This document shows, in pieces, positions 60,194-64,000 of a stretch of 64,000 nucleotides of DNA. Both the position numbers and the translations under genes were made by a program. Position 1 is the stretch's first letter, and each line of letters starts with the position of its first letter. The notes under the pieces were generated by a model. That model was given only the letters and a program-made list of their open reading frames with translations. It had not been told where the DNA came from and did not search any database. The DNA is from Myxococcota bacterium (GTDB lineage Bacteria; Myxococcota_A; UBA9042; PHBI01; JAWLBL01), in contig JAWLBL010000014.1 in NCBI GenBank assembly GCA_041687695.1, forward strand, positions 140,955 to 204,954. Reading direction: 5' to 3'.

Positions 60194-61168
60194 TCAAGGG
60201 CCAAGTAGGGGCGCGAAGTGCTGGCGCGGGAACTTGGGCGCGCGGCGCAGCTCGAGGGCGTGCGGCTCGCGGCCCATGACGCGCGACAGGTGCATGACCG
60301 CCGGCTGCGAGGTCCCGCCCTTGAAGGCGACGCAGCCGTGGGCCGCGGCGGCCTCGAGCAGCAGGCGGTAGGCGGTCTTGACGACGCCCTGGCCGCGGAC
60401 GGACGGGTCGAGGGCCAGGTCGACGCCGGCGCAGGGGCCCCACAGGACGCCATCGAGCTGGAAGCTGGCGCCGAAGGTGCCGACCACGGCGCCGTCGGGG
60501 CGCGCGACCAGCCAGTAGGCGCCGCCGCCCAGGTCCGCCAGCAGCCCCTCGCGCTCGGCCTCGGCGAAGCCGGGGTTGAGGTAGAACCAGCAGTGGTCGG
60601 GGACCTCGGCGAAGACGCGCCGCTTGAGCGCGACCAGGGCGTCGACGTCGGCTGGGGTCGTGACCGGGCGCAGGGTCAGGCCCAGGTGGGCCAGGTCGGA
60701 CGGCGGGTCGTAGCGGGCGACGAGGCGGTCCAGGGCGGGCGCGACCTGGCCGACCAGCAGGGCCGAGGTCAGGCCGAAGCCGCGCGCCTCGAGGTCGGGC
60801 AGGAGCGCGGTGTGACGCGGATCCATCATCAGATCGGTGGAGGCGTCGAGATCGGGCGCCCAGGCGTCCAGCCGCTCGAGCAGCCACGCGCGGGCCTGGG
60901 CGTCGCCGGGATCGAGGTCGAAGGTGACCTGGGTGGTCGGCGTGCGGAACCAGCTGTCCTCGTCGAACGCCCACAGGGCGAAGGCGACCGGGGCGCCGGC
61001 GCGGCGGAGGACCTCGACCTCGCCGGTGCGCTCGGCCCGGTCGAGCTGGGTGGCCAGGTGCTCGCGGACGGCGCGGCGGCCGCTGGGCGTGTCGCGGAAG
61101 GCGGCGAGGTGGCGGAAGGCGGCCAGGCGCAGCGGCAGGAGCGGCGCGAGCAGGGAGGAGGCGGACAT
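60194..61168 (-). CDS. GNAT-like protein
   Basis: LALDPSVRGQGVVKTAYRLL resembles GNAT motif A; GC3-biased ORF. Confidence 0.65.
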   Translation of the reverse strand: MSASSLLAPLLPLRLAAFRHLAAFRDTPSGRRAVREHLATQLDRAERTGEVEVLRRAGAPVAFALWAFDEDSWFRTPTTQVTFDLDPGDAQARAWLLERLDAWAPDLDASTDLMMDPRHTALLPDLEARGFGLTSALLVGQVAPALDRLVARYDPPSDLAHLGLTLRPVTTPADVDALVALKRRVFAEVPDHCWFYLNPGFAEAEREGLLADLGGGAYWLVARPDGAVVGTFGASFQLDGVLWGPCAGVDLALDPSVRGQGVVKTAYRLLLEAAAAHGCVAFKGGTSQPAVMHLSRVMGREPHALELRRAPKFPRQHFAPLLGP

Positions 61169-61233
61169 CGGCGCGGGAGGCTAGCGCCGTGGGGGCGGCA
61201 GGGTCTAGCGGGATGTGAGGCGGATGCCGAGAG

Positions 61234-61436
61234 CGTGGCCGTGGCGATGCGGGGGGGGGCGGTACGGAGGCCGGCGGCCGGGGGCGTGGCGGAGGCGGTG
61301 GCCGGGGCCGTGGCCGTACACCGTGGCCGTGGCCGTGGCCGTCGCCGATGCCGTGGCCGGGGCCGGGGCCGTCGCCGGGGGCCGTGGCCGGGTGCGGTGG
61401 CCGGGAGCCGGGGCCGTGGCCGGGACCGGGTGCCGT
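61234..61436. repeat. Degenerate G(T/G)GGCC hexamer array
   Basis: Many GTGGCC/GGGGCC/GTCGCC units; begins with the same 16-mer CGTGGCCGTGGCGATG as the 41591 array. Confidence 0.85.
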
Positions 61437-61524
61437 GATGGGGGCTCGACGCGGGGGCGCTTTTTTCCGAAGGTCGGGGGCCGCGGCGGGAACGAGGGAG
61501 TGAACGACCGCCGGAGGACCGTGG

Positions 61525-62823
61525 ATGAAGCGCCCTGCCCTGTTGATGCCAGCCCAGTTGATGATCGTCGGGTTCGCGTTGGGAACGGGCGGCTGCCTGG
61601 TCGACGCCGAGGTCGGCGCGGGCGCCGACGACCTGCGGGCCGAAGAGGTGGACGCTCAGGGCGAAGCGGACGTCGGGGACTGGGACACGGAGGCCAGCGA
61701 CCAGGACGGTCAAGAGGTCGTGGTAGCGCCGCCGGAGCCGGCGTTGTGCCTTGCGCCCGAGGCCGTCGACTTCGGGTTCAAGCCGTTCGGAGGCGCGTTC
61801 AGCATCGAGCTGGCCGTCGAGTCGTGCGGAGACGCCGACCTCGTCGTCGAGGCCATCGGCCTGCGGCAGGCGCCTGGGGACTCCGAGGACTTCAGCCTCG
61901 ATCTGTCTGGGTTCTTTACGGATCCAGGCGCGAAGGTCGTGCTCGAGCCCGGGACCGTACGCAAGCTGACCGTGACCTTCGTGCCCGACGAGATCGGCCC
62001 CGCCGACGTGGCCGCCATCGTCATCACCTCGAACGCGAGCGAGGCGCCCGTGGAGGTCCCCGTCACGGGGGTGGGCGCGTCGACGGACTGCCCGACGGCC
62101 GTCATCCAGGTGAAAGAGGGCGAGGAGGTGACGCCGCAGACCAAGCTGCACCTGTCGGGCGATCACAGCTTCTCGGCCGCAGGACCTCTGGCGAAGTTTC
62201 AGTGGTCGGTCAGCCAACCGCCGGGGTCGGCGAGCCTCTTTCTTCCCTCGGCTTCGGCACCCAATCCGATCTTCGAGGTGAACGTCGCCGGCACCTACGT
62301 GTTCTACCTGGACCTGTGGGACGACACGGGCCAGAAGTCCTGCGAGACGGCCCAATATGTCGTTCATGTGGGAACGGAGGGGCCGCTGGCGGTCGAGATG
62401 ATCTGGAACACCCCCGGGGACCCGGACGCCTGGATGGAGCCCAACGCGCAGCTGCAGCTGCACGCGTTGGCTCCGGAGGCGACAGGGGGGCTCGACGTGG
62501 ATGGAGATGGCGGCGCCGACGGCTGGTTCGGGCCGGGGGACGCCGTCAGCGGCGGGTTCTGGGCGCTCGAGGCGAGCGCGGCGCCGGTGACCGGGACGTG
62601 GCGCGTGGCCGTTCACGGTGTGGACGACGGGGGCCACGGCGAGAGCGTCGCGGACGTGCGGGTGTTCGTGGCCGGATCGCTGGTCGTCGAGACGAGCGTC
62701 CCGGGGATCGGCCAGCACACCTTCTGCGAGGTGGCCGAGGTGGAGCTGCCGGCGGGTGTCGTGACCTCGCTGGTCGACGCGAGCGGGCAGCTCCCGTGCT
62801 GGTCGGGGATCGTGGCGCCGTGA
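61525..62823 (+). CDS. Surface lipoprotein with Ig-like (ASH/choice-of-anchor-D-like) and PKD-like domains
   Basis: Lipobox TGGC; VDFG..V.SCGDADL.V..I, VTFVP..AIVITSN, LSGDHS..FQWSV..P.GS..VAGTYVF.L; DVDGDG Ca-binding-like motif. Confidence 0.75.
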   Translation: MKRPALLMPAQLMIVGFALGTGGCLVDAEVGAGADDLRAEEVDAQGEADVGDWDTEASDQDGQEVVVAPPEPALCLAPEAVDFGFKPFGGAFSIELAVESCGDADLVVEAIGLRQAPGDSEDFSLDLSGFFTDPGAKVVLEPGTVRKLTVTFVPDEIGPADVAAIVITSNASEAPVEVPVTGVGASTDCPTAVIQVKEGEEVTPQTKLHLSGDHSFSAAGPLAKFQWSVSQPPGSASLFLPSASAPNPIFEVNVAGTYVFYLDLWDDTGQKSCETAQYVVHVGTEGPLAVEMIWNTPGDPDAWMEPNAQLQLHALAPEATGGLDVDGDGGADGWFGPGDAVSGGFWALEASAAPVTGTWRVAVHGVDDGGHGESVADVRVFVAGSLVVETSVPGIGQHTFCEVAEVELPAGVVTSLVDASGQLPCWSGIVAP

Positions 62824-62836
62824 CGGGCGCGGGGCT

Positions 62837-63772
62837 TCAGGCCGGCTCGGCGACGGGGTGTGAGGTCCGCCGGGGCGCGAGGTCGCCGAGGAAGCGCTCG
62901 AGGGCCGGAGCGTGCAGGGCGGCCTCGTCCTCGCCCATGGCGATGGTGGCGTCGACCAGGTGGGGGCGGGTGTAGTCCCAGCGGTCGGCGGGGACGGGGC
63001 GGCTGGGGGCGAGGTACAGCCGGGTGCCGTGGACGCCGGTGAGGGCGGCGGGATAGGGGCGGGTCAGCAGGACGACGTTGCGGGAGACGCCCGCGGCGGC
63101 GTCGGCGACGTCGGCGGGGACGTTGTCGATCATGCCGCCGTCCAGCAGCGAGCGGTGGGGGCCGCAGCGGCCGACGGGCGTGAAGGGCGGGGTCGACGAG
63201 GAGGCGATGACGACGTCGGCCAGCTCGCTGGGGGTGCAGCAGTCGCGGAGATCGAAGACGACGGGGCGGAAGCCCAGGCGGCGGCCCAGGGTCGGGTGCA
63301 TCATGGCCTTGCGGAGGCGCTTTTCGAGGTTGTAGGCGGCCAGGCCCAGCGGGACGGCGGCGGCGACGGGCAGCAGCCGCGGCGAGGCGGCGGTCAGGGC
63401 CAGGATCGGGAAGGGCTGGGCGCGCAGGCGCTCGAGGCCGCCGTCGGCCGCAGCGTGGAGCAGGGTGTCGCGGTAGATGGGCCCGTGGGGCGCGGGCGAG
63501 CGGCCGCGCAGGAGGTTGGTCCAGTCGAGGTTGCGGCGGAGGTCGCGGACGCGCCAGCGCCAGTACTCGGCGGCCTGGGCGTGGCGGCCCGAGAGCATGA
63601 GCGCCGCGACGCAGGCGCCCGCGCTGCAGGCGGCGATGGCGGCGACCCGCGGCAGCAGCGCGTCGCCCCAGCGGTGCATCAGCCCCAGCTGGTAGAAGGC
63701 GCGGTTGCCGCCGCCGGCGAAGGTCAGGCCGAGATCCCGTGGGGGCGTGGACGGGGCGTCGAGGGTGGACAT
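62837..63772 (-). CDS. Patatin-like phospholipase
   Basis: FAGGGNRAFYQLG, ACSAG nucleophile, ASSSTPPF, LLDGG. Confidence 0.88.
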   Translation of the reverse strand: MSTLDAPSTPPRDLGLTFAGGGNRAFYQLGLMHRWGDALLPRVAAIAACSAGACVAALMLSGRHAQAAEYWRWRVRDLRRNLDWTNLLRGRSPAPHGPIYRDTLLHAAADGGLERLRAQPFPILALTAASPRLLPVAAAVPLGLAAYNLEKRLRKAMMHPTLGRRLGFRPVVFDLRDCCTPSELADVVIASSSTPPFTPVGRCGPHRSLLDGGMIDNVPADVADAAAGVSRNVVLLTRPYPAALTGVHGTRLYLAPSRPVPADRWDYTRPHLVDATIAMGEDEAALHAPALERFLGDLAPRRTSHPVAEPA

Positions 63773-63906
63773 GGTGGCTCCTGGGTGCCGCTGGGCCGCA
63801 CCCTACACGGCCGGGCGGGCCCACGACAGCGCTGCGGCGCGGTGAGCGGCCCAGCCCGTCGGCGATCGATTCGCTGCCTGGCCCTTTACAGGCGGGCCGA
63901 GCCTCC

Positions 63907-64000
63907 TAGATGACCTCGGCGGGAATGGCGATCCGGTTATGCGCACAACGGCTTCCCTGCGTAGGTCCACTTGAAGGGCTTGGCGAGGACGGCGTTGAAG
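63907..64000 (-). mobile_element. Right end of an IS630-family insertion sequence (truncated by the window edge)
   Basis: Minus strand reads FNAVLAKPFKWTYAGKPLCA-stop (stop at 63937-63939), resembling IS630 transposase C-termini; CTAG (TA target) about 30 bp downstream. Confidence 0.72.

Overview
Very GC-rich (roughly 75% by eye), gene-dense bacterial chromosomal segment. Gene content (sigma54 regulators, many lipoproteins, DUF6184- and DUF3160-like proteins, a CarH-like photoreceptor) suggests Myxococcota or a related deltaproteobacterial lineage; this is inference. About 60 CDS are supportable. Housekeeping genes include orn, nadB, grxD/bolA, ndh, cobB, sufT and a murQ-anmK-nagA-nagB peptidoglycan-recycling operon, alongside c-type cytochromes, peptidases and many exported hypotheticals. 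The 3' end of an IS630-family element lies at the right edge. I saw no rRNA, tRNA or CRISPR array. The most unusual locus (56.5-59.6 kb) is an orphan NE0113/Csx14-type CARF-wHTH gene, with no cas genes in the window. It is co-oriented with a tyrosine/dual-specificity phosphatase-ADP-ribosylglycohydrolase fusion, has a candidate palindromic operator between the two genes, and is preceded by a repeat-bounded, hairpin-rich 270-bp element. This is a candidate nucleotide-signal-controlled ADP-ribose/phosphate reversal (conflict or repair) module. Other notable signals: a B12-dependent CarH-like regulator with 11-bp-spaced TnnACA boxes but no carotenoid genes nearby, a complete sigma54/IHF/enhancer promoter driving an operon of truncated or degenerate nucleotide enzymes, a 17-bp tandem repeat, and a family of G(G/T)GGCC hexamer arrays. 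All family assignments come from motif recognition by eye, not database searches.
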